Origin: an uncultured virus (IMG/VR IMGVR_UViG_3300005336_000020)
Lineage: Duplodnaviria > Heunggongvirae > Uroviricota > Caudoviricetes
Virus record (IMG/VR): IMGVR_UViG_3300005336_000020
Length of the DNA: 64,000 nucleotides
Reading direction: 5' to 3' (one strand)
The notes beneath the pieces were generated by a model. It did no database searches. It was not told where the DNA came from and saw nothing but the letters and a program-made list of their open reading frames with translations. Made by a program: the position numbers and the translations under genes. Positions 47,415-56,435 of the stretch are shown here, one piece after another (positions within the stretch are counted from its first letter, which is position 1; each line of letters starts with the position of its first letter).

Positions 47415-48086
47415 TCAGCCCTTGGTGCACAGCGGGAAGAGCTTGCTCTTCTTCCCGGCCGGGATCTTGGCCTTCAGGCAGTTGTCGTAGTCGACCTTCC
47501 GCACGTCCTGCTCGTACAGGTTGCCGTCGTTGGCCAGGACGAAGATCTCGTACTCCGTCTCGCAGCCCCTCGGTTTGAACTTGTACTTCAGCTTGGGGAG
47601 CTTCTTGCTCTTCAGCTTCTCCGGCTTCTCCGGCTTCTTCTTCAGCTTGACGCCCTTGTTCTTGACCGACGGCGTGGGCGACGGGCTGGAGCTGCGCGAG
47701 TTCGTTCCGGAACCGGTCGACGGCGCCTTGGAGGCGGGGGTCGAAGCGGCACCCGACGGCGCCTTGGACGTGGTGGTGCCGGAGGCCCGGTTCTGCTGCT
47801 GCCGGTTGTTCGTGGTGGTGTTGTTGCTGGAGCTGCTGCTGTCCGAATCGCTGGAGTCCGAGCTGGACGAGCTGCCGGAGTTCTTGCTGCTGCTCTTGTT
47901 GCCGCCGCCCTTGCCGGTCACGAACGCGACGGCGTCCATGGACAGCTCGTTGGGGCAGTCGTAGTCGACCTGCTGCCCCTGCACGAGGCCGGAAACCTCG
48001 TAGTCGTAGGTCTCCGTACCACACGCGGAGACGGCCAGGATGATGCCAGCAGCCCCAGATGCGATCTTCACGGTCTTCTTGTTCAC
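47415..48086 (-). CDS. Lipoprotein with Ser-rich linker
   Basis: Lipobox LAVSAC; low-complexity Ser/Thr then Lys-rich segment. Confidence 0.7.
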   Translation of the reverse strand: MNKKTVKIASGAAGIILAVSACGTETYDYEVSGLVQGQQVDYDCPNELSMDAVAFVTGKGGGNKSSSKNSGSSSSSDSSDSDSSSSSNNTTTNNRQQQNRASGTTTSKAPSGAASTPASKAPSTGSGTNSRSSSPSPTPSVKNKGVKLKKKPEKPEKLKSKKLPKLKYKFKPRGCETEYEIFVLANDGNLYEQDVRKVDYDNCLKAKIPAGKKSKLFPLCTKG

Positions 48087-48194
48087 GGTCAATCCCCTTT
48101 CCTAGAAACAGTATTGCAGGAAAGTGGGAAGTTGTCGAGTCGCTTCTTCGTAGATTCGTGCGAAGCTATGACCATCACACGGAGGGAGGAACCC

Positions 48195-49295
48195 GTGTCT
48201 ACACCGATGAGCGCAGCCAGATTTCTGGCCGCTCTGAAGGCAGAGGGTGTCGAGGTCGTCGAAGTCGGCGACTGGGAGCACCACAACCGGAACAGCAAGG
48301 GACCCTGGGGACCGGTACACGGCGTGATGATCCATCACACCGTCACCTCGGGTACCCAGAACACCGTCAAGATCGTGCGCGACGGCTACGCAGGACTGCC
48401 GGGACCGCTGTGTCACGGCATGATCGCCAAGAGCGGCAAGGTCTACCTGGTTGGCTACGGCCGTGCCAACCATGCGGGCCTCGGTGACCCGGACGTACTC
48501 CGGGCGGTCATCGACGAGCGCTCTGCACCAGCCGACAACGAGGCCACCGTGGACGGCAATCGCGCCTTCTACGGCTTCGAGTGCGAGAACCTGGGCAACG
48601 GCAAGGACCCGTGGCCCGCAGCCCAGCTCGAAGCCATCGAGCGCGTCTCTGCGGCCATCTGCCGGTACCACGACTGGGGCTCGCTGTCGGTCATCGGCCA
48701 CAAGGAGTGGCAGCCGGGCAAGGTGGACCCGCTGGGCTTCACCATGGACTCCATGCGTGCGCGCGTGACCTCGCGCCTGAAGGCCGGGCCCGACAAGCCG
48801 ACCCCGCCGCCGTCCACCGGTACCACGTACACCGTGAAGCCGGGCGACACGCTGAGCGGAATCGCGAAGGCCCTGGGCGTGACGGTCGACGCCCTCTACG
48901 CGGCCAACAAGGACAAGATCAAGAACAAGAACGAGATCTTCCCCGGGCAGGAACTGACGATCCCCAAGGGGTCCGGCCTGCCCAAGCCGCAGAAGCCGAA
49001 GGTGGACCTGTCGCAGCTCGTCGCGGCGGCCAAGTCCGACCCGAAGGCGTCTGGCCAGCCGGTGACGTACGCCGGAACGAAGACGGTCGAGGCCGCCCTG
49101 GTGGACGAAGGGCTCCTGGCGAAGACCTACCTCGATGGGCACTTCGGCTCGTCGACCGTCGAGGCGTACCGGAAGTGGCAGCTCAAGCTCTACCCGGGCG
49201 CGAGCACGGCACCGGGCGGTGCAGCAGACGGCATACCCGGGAAGGACAGTCTCACTAGGCTCGGCGAGAAGCACGGTTTCACCGTCGTCGCGTGA
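48195..49295 (+). CDS. Endolysin: amidase-2, LysM and PG-binding domains
   Basis: MIHHT, ANHAG, GFECEN, IGHKEW..GKVDP; YTVKPGDTLSGIA LysM; DGHFGSSTVEAYRKWQ. Confidence 0.93.
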   Translation: MSTPMSAARFLAALKAEGVEVVEVGDWEHHNRNSKGPWGPVHGVMIHHTVTSGTQNTVKIVRDGYAGLPGPLCHGMIAKSGKVYLVGYGRANHAGLGDPDVLRAVIDERSAPADNEATVDGNRAFYGFECENLGNGKDPWPAAQLEAIERVSAAICRYHDWGSLSVIGHKEWQPGKVDPLGFTMDSMRARVTSRLKAGPDKPTPPPSTGTTYTVKPGDTLSGIAKALGVTVDALYAANKDKIKNKNEIFPGQELTIPKGSGLPKPQKPKVDLSQLVAAAKSDPKASGQPVTYAGTKTVEAALVDEGLLAKTYLDGHFGSSTVEAYRKWQLKLYPGASTAPGGAADGIPGKDSLTRLGEKHGFTVVA

Positions 49296-49312
49296 CCACG
49301 AAAGGTGGCCCA

Positions 49313-49690
49313 ATGAAGATCTTCGGCAGAGAGCCGGTGTACATCCTGGCCTTCGTCGCCGTCGCGCTGAAGCTGGCGTCGGCGTACGGCCTGGACGTCT
49401 CCGACGAGATGCAGGGTGCCATCATGGCGTTCCTCAGCCTGGTGGTCGCCCTCGTCGAGGCAGTCGTCCTGAAGACGGGCGCCGTCGGTGCGGCCGTGAT
49501 CAACCTCGCACAGGGCGCCCTGGCGCTCTTCCTCGCCTTCGGCCTGGAGATGAGCGCAGAGCAGCAGGCCCTGTGGATGCTGATCGTCGAGAGCGCGGTC
49601 GCGCTGTGGCTGCGTGAAAAGGTCACGGCGCCGGTCGTTTCCGTACCGATCGAGCAGAAGGCGCCCGCCGCCTTCAGCCGGGCGGCCTGA
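49313..49690 (+). CDS. Holin
   Basis: MKIFGREP N-terminus typical of Streptomyces phage holins; 4 TM; follows the lysin. Confidence 0.8.
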   Translation: MKIFGREPVYILAFVAVALKLASAYGLDVSDEMQGAIMAFLSLVVALVEAVVLKTGAVGAAVINLAQGALALFLAFGLEMSAEQQALWMLIVESAVALWLREKVTAPVVSVPIEQKAPAAFSRAA

Positions 49691-50124
49691 TGGCCACGGC
49701 GATCCGGCGGCTGTACAAGAGGCTGGGTCGCCGTGGTACCGCACTCGTACTCCTGGGTCTGGGCAAGATCTGTTTCGGCCTGGGGTACGCACTCGATCCG
49801 GGCCCGAGCCCGGTGGGTCTGGGACTCCTCAACAGGCATGGCGGCGTTCAGTGCTGGTCGTCGGTCTGGATCATCTGCGGCGCCATCACCTTCGGGTGCG
49901 CCTGGCTCCGCATCGGGAGGGATTGGCTCGGGTTCTTCACCGCGCTGATCCCTCCCCTGGTGTGGGGTTCCACGTTCCTCTGGAGTGCGGTCTCCGGCGA
50001 CTATCCCAGGGGGTTCGCCCTCGCCGCGTGGTACGCGATAAGCCACATCGGCATCATCCTGTGGGCCGCGTCAGTACCCGAGTACTCCGTGCCCCGCCAG
50101 ACCCTCCAGAAGGAGCGAAGATGA
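49690..50124 (+). CDS. Lysis-cassette membrane protein
   Basis: 4 TM, coupled to the holin. Confidence 0.65.
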   Translation: MATAIRRLYKRLGRRGTALVLLGLGKICFGLGYALDPGPSPVGLGLLNRHGGVQCWSSVWIICGAITFGCAWLRIGRDWLGFFTALIPPLVWGSTFLWSAVSGDYPRGFALAAWYAISHIGIILWAASVPEYSVPRQTLQKERR

Positions 50125-50495
50125 GCGAAGACTGGGGGGCTGTCCTGCCCGTCGTCGGGGCCGTTCTGGGGGCACTTGCGCTCCTCGGTTCGGGCCTTTT
50201 TGCCGCCCGCGCAACCAAGGCGGCAGCCAAGATGACCGCCGAGGCCCAGCGGGCGACTGCCGTGGCGAACGCGGAACCGGCCCAGCGGCAGCAGGATCTG
50301 GCGACGTTCCGGGAGATCCGGGACGGCCTCGAACGGAAGCTGGACCGACATGAGGGGCGCATCGACAGCCTCACGTCGCTGGTCCGGGCGTTCTCCTGGT
50401 ACGTCTCGGAGCTGACCGGGCAGATGCGCTCGCACGGCATCGAGCCCCCGGCTCCACCGGAGAGGATCGTCGAGTACAACCGCAACGGAACCTGA
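50121..50495 (+). CDS. Lysis-cassette membrane protein (TM plus coiled coil)
   Basis: N-terminal TM, coiled coil, GIEPPAPP end. Confidence 0.65.
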   Translation: MSEDWGAVLPVVGAVLGALALLGSGLFAARATKAAAKMTAEAQRATAVANAEPAQRQQDLATFREIRDGLERKLDRHEGRIDSLTSLVRAFSWYVSELTGQMRSHGIEPPAPPERIVEYNRNGT

Positions 50496-50496
50496 C

Positions 50497-50528
50497 GAAG
50501 GGCCCGGCCGGGGGAGGTCGGGCCCTTC
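50497..50528. terminator. Bidirectional terminator
   Basis: GAAGGGCCCG/CGGGCCCTTC stem between convergent genes. Confidence 0.6.
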
Positions 50529-50533
50529 TGAGT

Positions 50534-50830
50534 TCAGCGCCTGCGCAGGGCGCCGCCGTTCACGATGGAGCCACGGGGGAGACTCGACTCGCCCGGCTTG
50601 CCGTCGTTCATGCGGAGGTATCCCTTCACGCCGGAACCGCCCGACGCGGTACTCCCCGGGACGGTCCGCCGATCGCCCCAGGGCAGGTCGGGGAACTCGG
50701 TCCGGGCCTTGGCTAGACGCCCGCTGACCGTCTGCGGAGAGCAGTCGAACGCGATGGAGAGATCGAGCTGAGATTCCCCGGCCAGCCATCGCTCCGCGAG
50801 CACGCGGTTGTCGATGTCCGGCCTCTTCAC
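50534..50830 (-). CDS. HTH DNA-binding protein
   Basis: WLAGESQLDLSIAFDCSPQTVSGRL. Confidence 0.55.
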   Translation of the reverse strand: MKRPDIDNRVLAERWLAGESQLDLSIAFDCSPQTVSGRLAKARTEFPDLPWGDRRTVPGSTASGGSGVKGYLRMNDGKPGESSLPRGSIVNGGALRRR

Positions 50831-51369
50831 TCGTCCGTCCACTGCACCCCCTTGGCCCACCCCGCCTTGTGCTCCCTGAGTTCGGGGGTCAGGGACGGGT
50901 TCACGATTCTCAGGATCTCGTAGATGTCCGATGCGTGCAGGTGCGGCCACATCATCTGCCGGGCTTCGCGGTACTTGCCCTCAAGGCGTTCCCTGGTGGC
51001 GCCGTCGAGGTGCTTGAGGCGGTCGGGCAGGGAGTTGTGGGCATTGTCGCTGGTCTTCACCAGCATGGCCGCGTAGCCGCCCGCGATGACCCGCTCGATC
51101 TGCTCGCGCTTCGTCGAGCCCGGCACCTTCGTGACCGCGTCGATGATCTCCAGGGAGATCTCGGTGACGCCTGCCGCTCGCAGTGATTCCAGGGTCTCGC
51201 TGGTGTCCTCGACGACGTCGTGCAGCAGTCCGGCAACCCGGACGGGCTCGGAGAACGGCGCGAGACCGGCAGAGACAGCCCGCGCATGCTCGATGTACGG
51301 AACTCCGTTCTTGTCGAACTGATCCTTGTGCGCCTTGGCCGCGATGACGTCGGCCTCCCAGGTACGCAT
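50827..51369 (-). CDS. HD-domain hydrolase (RelA/SpoT small alarmone hydrolase-like)
   Basis: AHKDQFDKNGVPYIEH, LLHDVVEDT and VKTSDNAHN. Confidence 0.8.
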   Translation of the reverse strand: MRTWEADVIAAKAHKDQFDKNGVPYIEHARAVSAGLAPFSEPVRVAGLLHDVVEDTSETLESLRAAGVTEISLEIIDAVTKVPGSTKREQIERVIAGGYAAMLVKTSDNAHNSLPDRLKHLDGATRERLEGKYREARQMMWPHLHASDIYEILRIVNPSLTPELREHKAGWAKGVQWTDE

Positions 51370-53015
51370 TACGCATTCTCCTTTTCCGAGTCGTCCCGGT
51401 AGATCGATTTCATCCGGGCTCGCTTTTCCAGGTTGTTCACGTAGACCTCGTCGTCGATCGTTCCGACGGACGTGAACCGCCAGCGCTGTACCGGCGACGT
51501 CTGGCCGGGCCGGTGCAGGCGCCCCTCCGCCTGCTCGTTCATCACGTTGTCCTCGGTGTACGAGACGATCGCCTCGCACCGGCAGACGTCCTTCAGCCAG
51601 TCGACACCCTCCGACAGGGACTGAAGCTGGGCGATCAGCACCCGCCACTGCGTGCCGAAGCCGGACTCGATCTGCTTCCGCTTGGCCGCCGTGGTCTTCA
51701 TCGTCCAGGCCACGGACTGCACCCCGAGCGCTTTCTCAGCCATCCGGGCCCAGCGCGCCGAGTGCGTCCACACCAGCAGGGGCTCCTCCGGTGGCAGGTC
51801 GGCGAGGAGGTCGATCAGAGCAGTCAGCTTCGGCTGCGGGGCGTCCTCCTCGTAGGAGACCTCCAGCTTGTCGACCGCATAGGACACGTGGATCTTGAGT
51901 TGGCCCGTCTCCTCGTCGGTCTTCTCCTCCAGCACCTTGAGGTCGTACACCTTGGCGTCCATGCGCAGCTCGAAGTGCTTCTGCGGGGTCACCCAGCTCT
52001 TCTTCCGGGTGGTCACCTCATCGGCCCGGAGGGTCCCGAGTGCCGCCTGTCGCAGGCGAGTGCGCTGCTCGACGGGGAGTGGAGCCGCGACGGGCTGCTC
52101 GGCCAGCCATGCCAGCGACTGGCTTTCGAAGTCGCGGTACTGTTCAAGCTGCTCCGCGCCGAGCTGGACAAGGATCTCCCGATCGATCACCGGAGGAAGC
52201 TGGTCGACAACCTCCTCCGTGCGATACCGGACCACGGCCGGGATGTCGCGCCAGACGCCGCCGGGGACAAGCTCGTCCCCGATGGTCTCCACCTCGACCT
52301 TCTTGCCCGCCTTGTAGTAGCTCTTGTCGTCCATGTGGAAGTGCCTGCGGGCCCAGTCGTGGAACGCCGGGTACCTCTCGGGCCAGACGAGATTGAGCGG
52401 TGTCCACAGGCCCTCCGGCTTGTTGCCGCCCGGGGTGGCCGACAGGAGCAGCCAGCGGTCCGCCTTGATGCACTTCAGGACGTGACGGGGAACGCCGTGC
52501 CGGTTCACCATCCGGTGCGACTCGTCGAGGATGACGAGATCCCAGGTGCCGGTCCTCGTCCACGGCGGGACGGTGCCCTCCTTCATCGCCTTCAGGGCCG
52601 CAGCCTTGGTGGCCTTCGGCTCCTTGGCCAGGGCGTTGCGGCCGTTGGACGCCCGACGCCGGATGTCCTCCGGGATGCCGCCGTGCATGGCGTTCCAGCC
52701 GATGATGAAGACGCCGGGCGGCTTGGTGCGGGAGGTCAGTGCCGACCAGTTCTCGGTGTCCTTGCGATGCGTGCCGAGCAGCCGGGTGAGGCCCTTCTCG
52801 GCGAGCGACGGGAACTGCTCCTCGAAGGTGCGCTGCCACTGACCGAGGGTGTTGATCGGGGCGACGACGAGAACGCGGGGCATGCGGCCGAGCTTGAGCA
52901 GGCGTACCGCCTCGACGCTGGTGACGGTCTTACCGGCACCGAGGCCGGAGGCGTTGATGCCACCTCCGGCCAGGATGCGCCGCGTCTCCTCCTGATAGGA
53001 ACGCAGGGTCTTCAC
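51369..53015 (-). CDS. SNF2-family helicase
   Basis: LRSYQ, GLGAGKT, ILDESH, LSATP, SEGVD and QAEGRLHRPGQ. Confidence 0.92.
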   Translation of the reverse strand: MKTLRSYQEETRRILAGGGINASGLGAGKTVTSVEAVRLLKLGRMPRVLVVAPINTLGQWQRTFEEQFPSLAEKGLTRLLGTHRKDTENWSALTSRTKPPGVFIIGWNAMHGGIPEDIRRRASNGRNALAKEPKATKAAALKAMKEGTVPPWTRTGTWDLVILDESHRMVNRHGVPRHVLKCIKADRWLLLSATPGGNKPEGLWTPLNLVWPERYPAFHDWARRHFHMDDKSYYKAGKKVEVETIGDELVPGGVWRDIPAVVRYRTEEVVDQLPPVIDREILVQLGAEQLEQYRDFESQSLAWLAEQPVAAPLPVEQRTRLRQAALGTLRADEVTTRKKSWVTPQKHFELRMDAKVYDLKVLEEKTDEETGQLKIHVSYAVDKLEVSYEEDAPQPKLTALIDLLADLPPEEPLLVWTHSARWARMAEKALGVQSVAWTMKTTAAKRKQIESGFGTQWRVLIAQLQSLSEGVDWLKDVCRCEAIVSYTEDNVMNEQAEGRLHRPGQTSPVQRWRFTSVGTIDDEVYVNNLEKRARMKSIYRDDSEKENA

Positions 53016-53296
53016 GCGCGCTTCTCCAGTTCGTTGACCGGGGCCTGGCCCTTTTGCCGCAGGTGTGCCTTCATGACGGTCGCCGCCTGGTTCTCGGTCC
53101 TGTAGGTGTCGTTCGGCACGTCGCCGCCCAGGTCCACCCACGAGTAGCCGTCGTGGCTGTACTCGGTCTCGGGGTCGCGGGGGACGTGGAAGGTCCAGCC
53201 GATGACACGCTTGGCCAGCAGAATGCCCGCCATGACGGGGCGGAAGTCGCTCGCCTTGGGGTGGACCTTGGTCGCGTCCTCTTCGTGCTTCAGCAC
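53012..53296 (-). CDS. Hypothetical protein
   Basis: Coupled ORF. Confidence 0.5.
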   Translation of the reverse strand: MLKHEEDATKVHPKASDFRPVMAGILLAKRVIGWTFHVPRDPETEYSHDGYSWVDLGGDVPNDTYRTENQAATVMKAHLRQKGQAPVNELEKRA

Positions 53297-53616
53297 GGTT
53301 TCTCCTCCTGGTCTGCCGCCCGGCGGCGGGCGACTTCCTTGTAGGCGGCGCGCACCACTGCGTCGCCCCAGTCTTCCTTGATCGTTCGGATCGCCTGGTT
53401 CAGACGGTCGCGCAGCTCGATGACCGCTTCCAGGTTCAGGTGCGGGTCGGGGCTGCCGTGCTCACCCTTCTCGAAGTAGAGCCGCAGGTGCGGATTCTCG
53501 GCGGCCGAAGAGTCCTGAACGGTGAGCTTGCCGCCGTCACGCATGACGACCTCGCTGCCGCCGTACATCCGCAAACCCCGGCCTCCGCCCATGTCGGAGG
53601 GTTCTTTCAGAGACAT
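53290..53616 (-). CDS. Hypothetical protein
   Basis: Coupled ORF. Confidence 0.5.
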   Translation of the reverse strand: MSLKEPSDMGGGRGLRMYGGSEVVMRDGGKLTVQDSSAAENPHLRLYFEKGEHGSPDPHLNLEAVIELRDRLNQAIRTIKEDWGDAVVRAAYKEVARRRAADQEEKPC

Positions 53617-53852
53617 GCGAACACCGCCGCAGACTCGGCGTCACCCGCGAGGCCGAGGTCGCCCGCCATGTCGGCGAGGTCGTACGGCCACATCTTGTTG
53701 GTGTACGTGATGACGACCGTGTCCCCGTCACGCTGGACGGAGTTCTTTCCGCGTCGTTCGGCGGGAACCTCCTCGGCCCTCCTCACGACCTCCTTGGCCG
53801 ATTCCTCGTCCAGGCATACCAGCCGGACTTCCGGCAGCTTCTCACCCTCCAT
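53607..53852 (-). CDS. Hypothetical protein
   Basis: Coupled ORF. Confidence 0.45.
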   Translation of the reverse strand: MEGEKLPEVRLVCLDEESAKEVVRRAEEVPAERRGKNSVQRDGDTVVITYTNKMWPYDLADMAGDLGLAGDAESAAVFACL

Positions 53853-54015
53853 GGGCCTGCATCCTTTCCGCGTCGCGCAGCTTCCAGCTCAGGAACGCCA
53901 CGGCCCCCTGCCGGGCGACCGCGTCCTCCATCGTGTGCGAGCTTTCACCCTCGGCTTCAGCCAGGAGTTCTCGTATGACCCTGATGCGTTCCGGGTCGCT
54001 TTCCGTTTCGGCCAT
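53842..54015 (-). CDS. Small hypothetical protein (57 aa)
   Basis: AAAGGA RBS; fills the gap; absent from the ORF track. Confidence 0.45.
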   Translation of the reverse strand: MAETESDPERIRVIRELLAEAEGESSHTMEDAVARQGAVAFLSWKLRDAERMQAHGG

Positions 54016-54049
54016 GGCGTTCCTTTCTCGCTGAGCGCCCAGCCTATTT

Positions 54050-54259
54050 CTAGCCGATCTGACTCAGCATCCCTACGGTGCCCTTGACTGCGTCAAGGGC
54101 TACCTGACCGGTGTTCGTTCCTGCGATGAGGAGCCCGAAAACCAGCACCAGAACTGCCGTGACTTGCACACTGCCCGAGCTGCGCGGCTCCTTCGAAGGA
54201 CGGAGCCGGAAGAACAGGACGATCGCGAGAAGTACCGCCAGGTCGATGTGGATGTTCAT
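54050..54259 (-). CDS. Small membrane protein (2 TM)
   Basis: Hydrophobic; GAGGAGG RBS. Confidence 0.55.
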   Translation of the reverse strand: MNIHIDLAVLLAIVLFFRLRPSKEPRSSGSVQVTAVLVLVFGLLIAGTNTGQVALDAVKGTVGMLSQIG

Positions 54260-54274
54260 GGCCCCTCCTCGGGG

Positions 54275-54502
54275 CTACCGGCTCAGGACCGCCCTCACCC
54301 AGGAGGGCGAGAAGCAGTGGGACGGATGGTTGAATCCGATGCCGCAGCAGGTACACAGCCGCAGCCCGATGAACCAGTGCGGCACCTGCGGGGGCCGGGT
54401 GTCGGCCGACTCGCTGTGCTCCGCTTCGGTCTGACCGCAGTTCGGGAAGAGGCAGTGGACTTCACCACGGAAGACGTGGTCCACGATCAGCGTCAGTGCC
54501 AT
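54275..54502 (-). CDS. Small Cys/His-rich protein
   Basis: C..CG....H repeated. Confidence 0.45.
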   Translation of the reverse strand: MALTLIVDHVFRGEVHCLFPNCGQTEAEHSESADTRPPQVPHWFIGLRLCTCCGIGFNHPSHCFSPSWVRAVLSR

Positions 54503-54990
54503 CTGCGACGGACCTCCTCGATCAGCGGGAACGTCTCGGGCGAGGACATCATCTGATGGGCGTGCGCGACGCAGCGCTCCAGGCTCTCGATTTTGTTGCC
54601 CTTGGTCACGGCCAGGACGAACGGGGCCGCGAGTCCGCACGGTCCGAGCACCGTGTCGCTGAAGGCTTCGGTGAGTGCCGCCTTGCAGGTGCCGCCACGA
54701 TTGGACGTGGTGGCCACCCACTCGGTGGCGAACTTCGGCACGGGCCGCACCTCGACCGCCGGGATCTCCAGGTGGTCGCCCCACGTGTCGACGTGAACCT
54801 CGGAGGTGTTCGGCTCCAGGTAGGACGCCTTCCAGTAGCGGCCCTCGTCCTGGAAGACGACGGACCACAGGGAGCCGTACTCCTGGTGCTCGACGAACTC
54901 GCGGTGCACGACGAGCTTGCTCATCCCCTCGACGGCGATGTGGTGACGTTCCAGCCACTCGACCGGGAAGGTGCGGACGTTCGGCTTCAT
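54493..54990 (-). CDS. Hypothetical protein
   Basis: Coupled ORF. Confidence 0.5.
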   Translation of the reverse strand: MKPNVRTFPVEWLERHHIAVEGMSKLVVHREFVEHQEYGSLWSVVFQDEGRYWKASYLEPNTSEVHVDTWGDHLEIPAVEVRPVPKFATEWVATTSNRGGTCKAALTEAFSDTVLGPCGLAAPFVLAVTKGNKIESLERCVAHAHQMMSSPETFPLIEEVRRRWH

Positions 54991-55226
54991 CCCTTTCGCT
55001 CCGGCATCGCGTTCGACACGGCGATGGCGGCGCGGTTCACGGTGCGCCGGACCGGGCCAACCTTCATGCCACCGATGCCCATCGTGGCGATGACACCGGC
55101 CGCAGCGACGCCAGCCTCGGGGGAACCCGTGACTGCCACCGCTGCGGCGCCGAGCACTCCGGCAACCGTGACGGAGGCGACGTCGTGAACCACCAGGTGG
55201 TCGTCCACATCCTCGATCGGCTTCAC
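54987..55226 (-). CDS. Small membrane protein
   Basis: Hydrophobic, coupled. Confidence 0.45.
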   Translation of the reverse strand: MKPIEDVDDHLVVHDVASVTVAGVLGAAAVAVTGSPEAGVAAAGVIATMGIGGMKVGPVRRTVNRAAIAVSNAMPERKG

Positions 55227-55429
55227 TTCTCCTGCTCCCTTCCGTTGGCGATTCTCTCGATCGCCTGATTCAGCCAGTCGGTGTTCACGTACACCACGTA
55301 GAACGCGGCCAGGTAGGCGGTGAAGATCCATGGCCCGACCGGTTCCCCGAGCGGGATGGCGACACCGAATGCGACGCCGACCGACAGGATCATCGCCACC
55401 GCGATGTAGCGCAGCTCGTGGGCCTTCAT
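55223..55429 (-). CDS. Small membrane protein
   Basis: 2 TM, coupled. Confidence 0.45.
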   Translation of the reverse strand: MKAHELRYIAVAMILSVGVAFGVAIPLGEPVGPWIFTAYLAAFYVVYVNTDWLNQAIERIANGREQEK

Positions 55430-55572
55430 CGCCGCACCCACGCCCTCTGCGAGGCGCTGAGCAGCACCATCCAGCAGGCGAAGACCCACACCAGCGCCAT
55501 GAAGAATCCCGTCTCCTCGTTGATCCAGAGAGCGGGACCCATCACGGCGGTCATCTTGAGCAGGTACGCCAT
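55426..55572 (-). CDS. Small membrane peptide
   Basis: MAYLLK..., coupled. Confidence 0.4.
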   Translation of the reverse strand: MAYLLKMTAVMGPALWINEETGFFMALVWVFACWMVLLSASQRAWVRR

Positions 55573-55880
55573 CACGTTCCTTCGGAGTCGAAGAGGGCGC
55601 CCTGGTCCTGGTGACCGCCGGGCGGCTGCCCTCCGTTGTCGATGAGGGCCCAGTGCGCCGCAGGGTCGCTCAGTCCGAGCCGGTGCGCCAGCCACTCACG
55701 CAGCAGCGGGAGCTGATCGCCGGTCCAGGCCGAGTTCTCCTGGCGGGGCCGGTCGCCGTAGCGCACGGAGGCTGCGGGCATGGGGAAGGCCGCCGTCGGC
55801 CGGTCGACCCAGTTGGTGACGGTCGACTTGCTGACGCCGAGGTGCTTCCCCACGTAGGTGGTGTCGTAGAAGGTCTGCAC
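55572..55880 (-). CDS. AlpA/HTH DNA-binding protein
   Basis: YVGKHLGVSKSTVTNW...FPMP. Confidence 0.65.
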   Translation of the reverse strand: MQTFYDTTYVGKHLGVSKSTVTNWVDRPTAAFPMPAASVRYGDRPRQENSAWTGDQLPLLREWLAHRLGLSDPAAHWALIDNGGQPPGGHQDQGALFDSEGT

Positions 55881-55933
55881 GTGCTTCCCCTTTCGGCCTA
55901 GGCCAGCTTAGCACAGGCGTGGGCCGCTTGACC

Positions 55934-56332
55934 TCAACCTCGTTGGGATTCCTCGGTGTTGAGCAGGCTGCGATCGAGCAGTTCGGCCACCTGGCGCAGC
56001 GTTTCGGTGGAGTACCGGTCCAGGCCGTCCTTCCCGTGGCCGACGATCCGGGCTTCGATCCCCAGATCGCGCAGGCGGGACTTCACGCTCGCCCGGATCT
56101 GCTCGTTGGCCACCTCGGTCAGCGTCTTGAAGTACTGGTGGTAGGCGCCTTGCTGGGCAGACCGGTCCTCCTTGCTGAAGGGGACCGGCTTGAAACCGTA
56201 AGCCGACTCGATGAAGATCCGCTTCGTGCCGATGCTCGTGATGGCCAGCTCGCGCTGACTGTTGCCGTCGAACACGACAACCTTGCTTCCGACCGTCAGA
56301 ACCTCTCCGCCGGTCTCGAACGAATTCGCCAT
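55934..56332 (-). CDS. Hypothetical protein
   Basis: AGGAG RBS, promoter-like region upstream. Confidence 0.55.
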   Translation of the reverse strand: MANSFETGGEVLTVGSKVVVFDGNSQRELAITSIGTKRIFIESAYGFKPVPFSKEDRSAQQGAYHQYFKTLTEVANEQIRASVKSRLRDLGIEARIVGHGKDGLDRYSTETLRQVAELLDRSLLNTEESQRG

Positions 56333-56395
56333 TCGTCTCTCCTGCCTTTCCTCAACTTATCCAATCTTAGCGGAAGTTGAGGGGCATGGAAACAC

Positions 56396-56425
56396 GAAGG
56401 CCCCCTCCGGCCGGGAGGGGGCCTT
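56396..56425 (-). terminator. Terminator after the TROVE gene
   Basis: AAGGCCCCCTCC/GGAGGGGGCCTT stem. Confidence 0.65.
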
Positions 56426-56435
56426 GTGCCCTACG

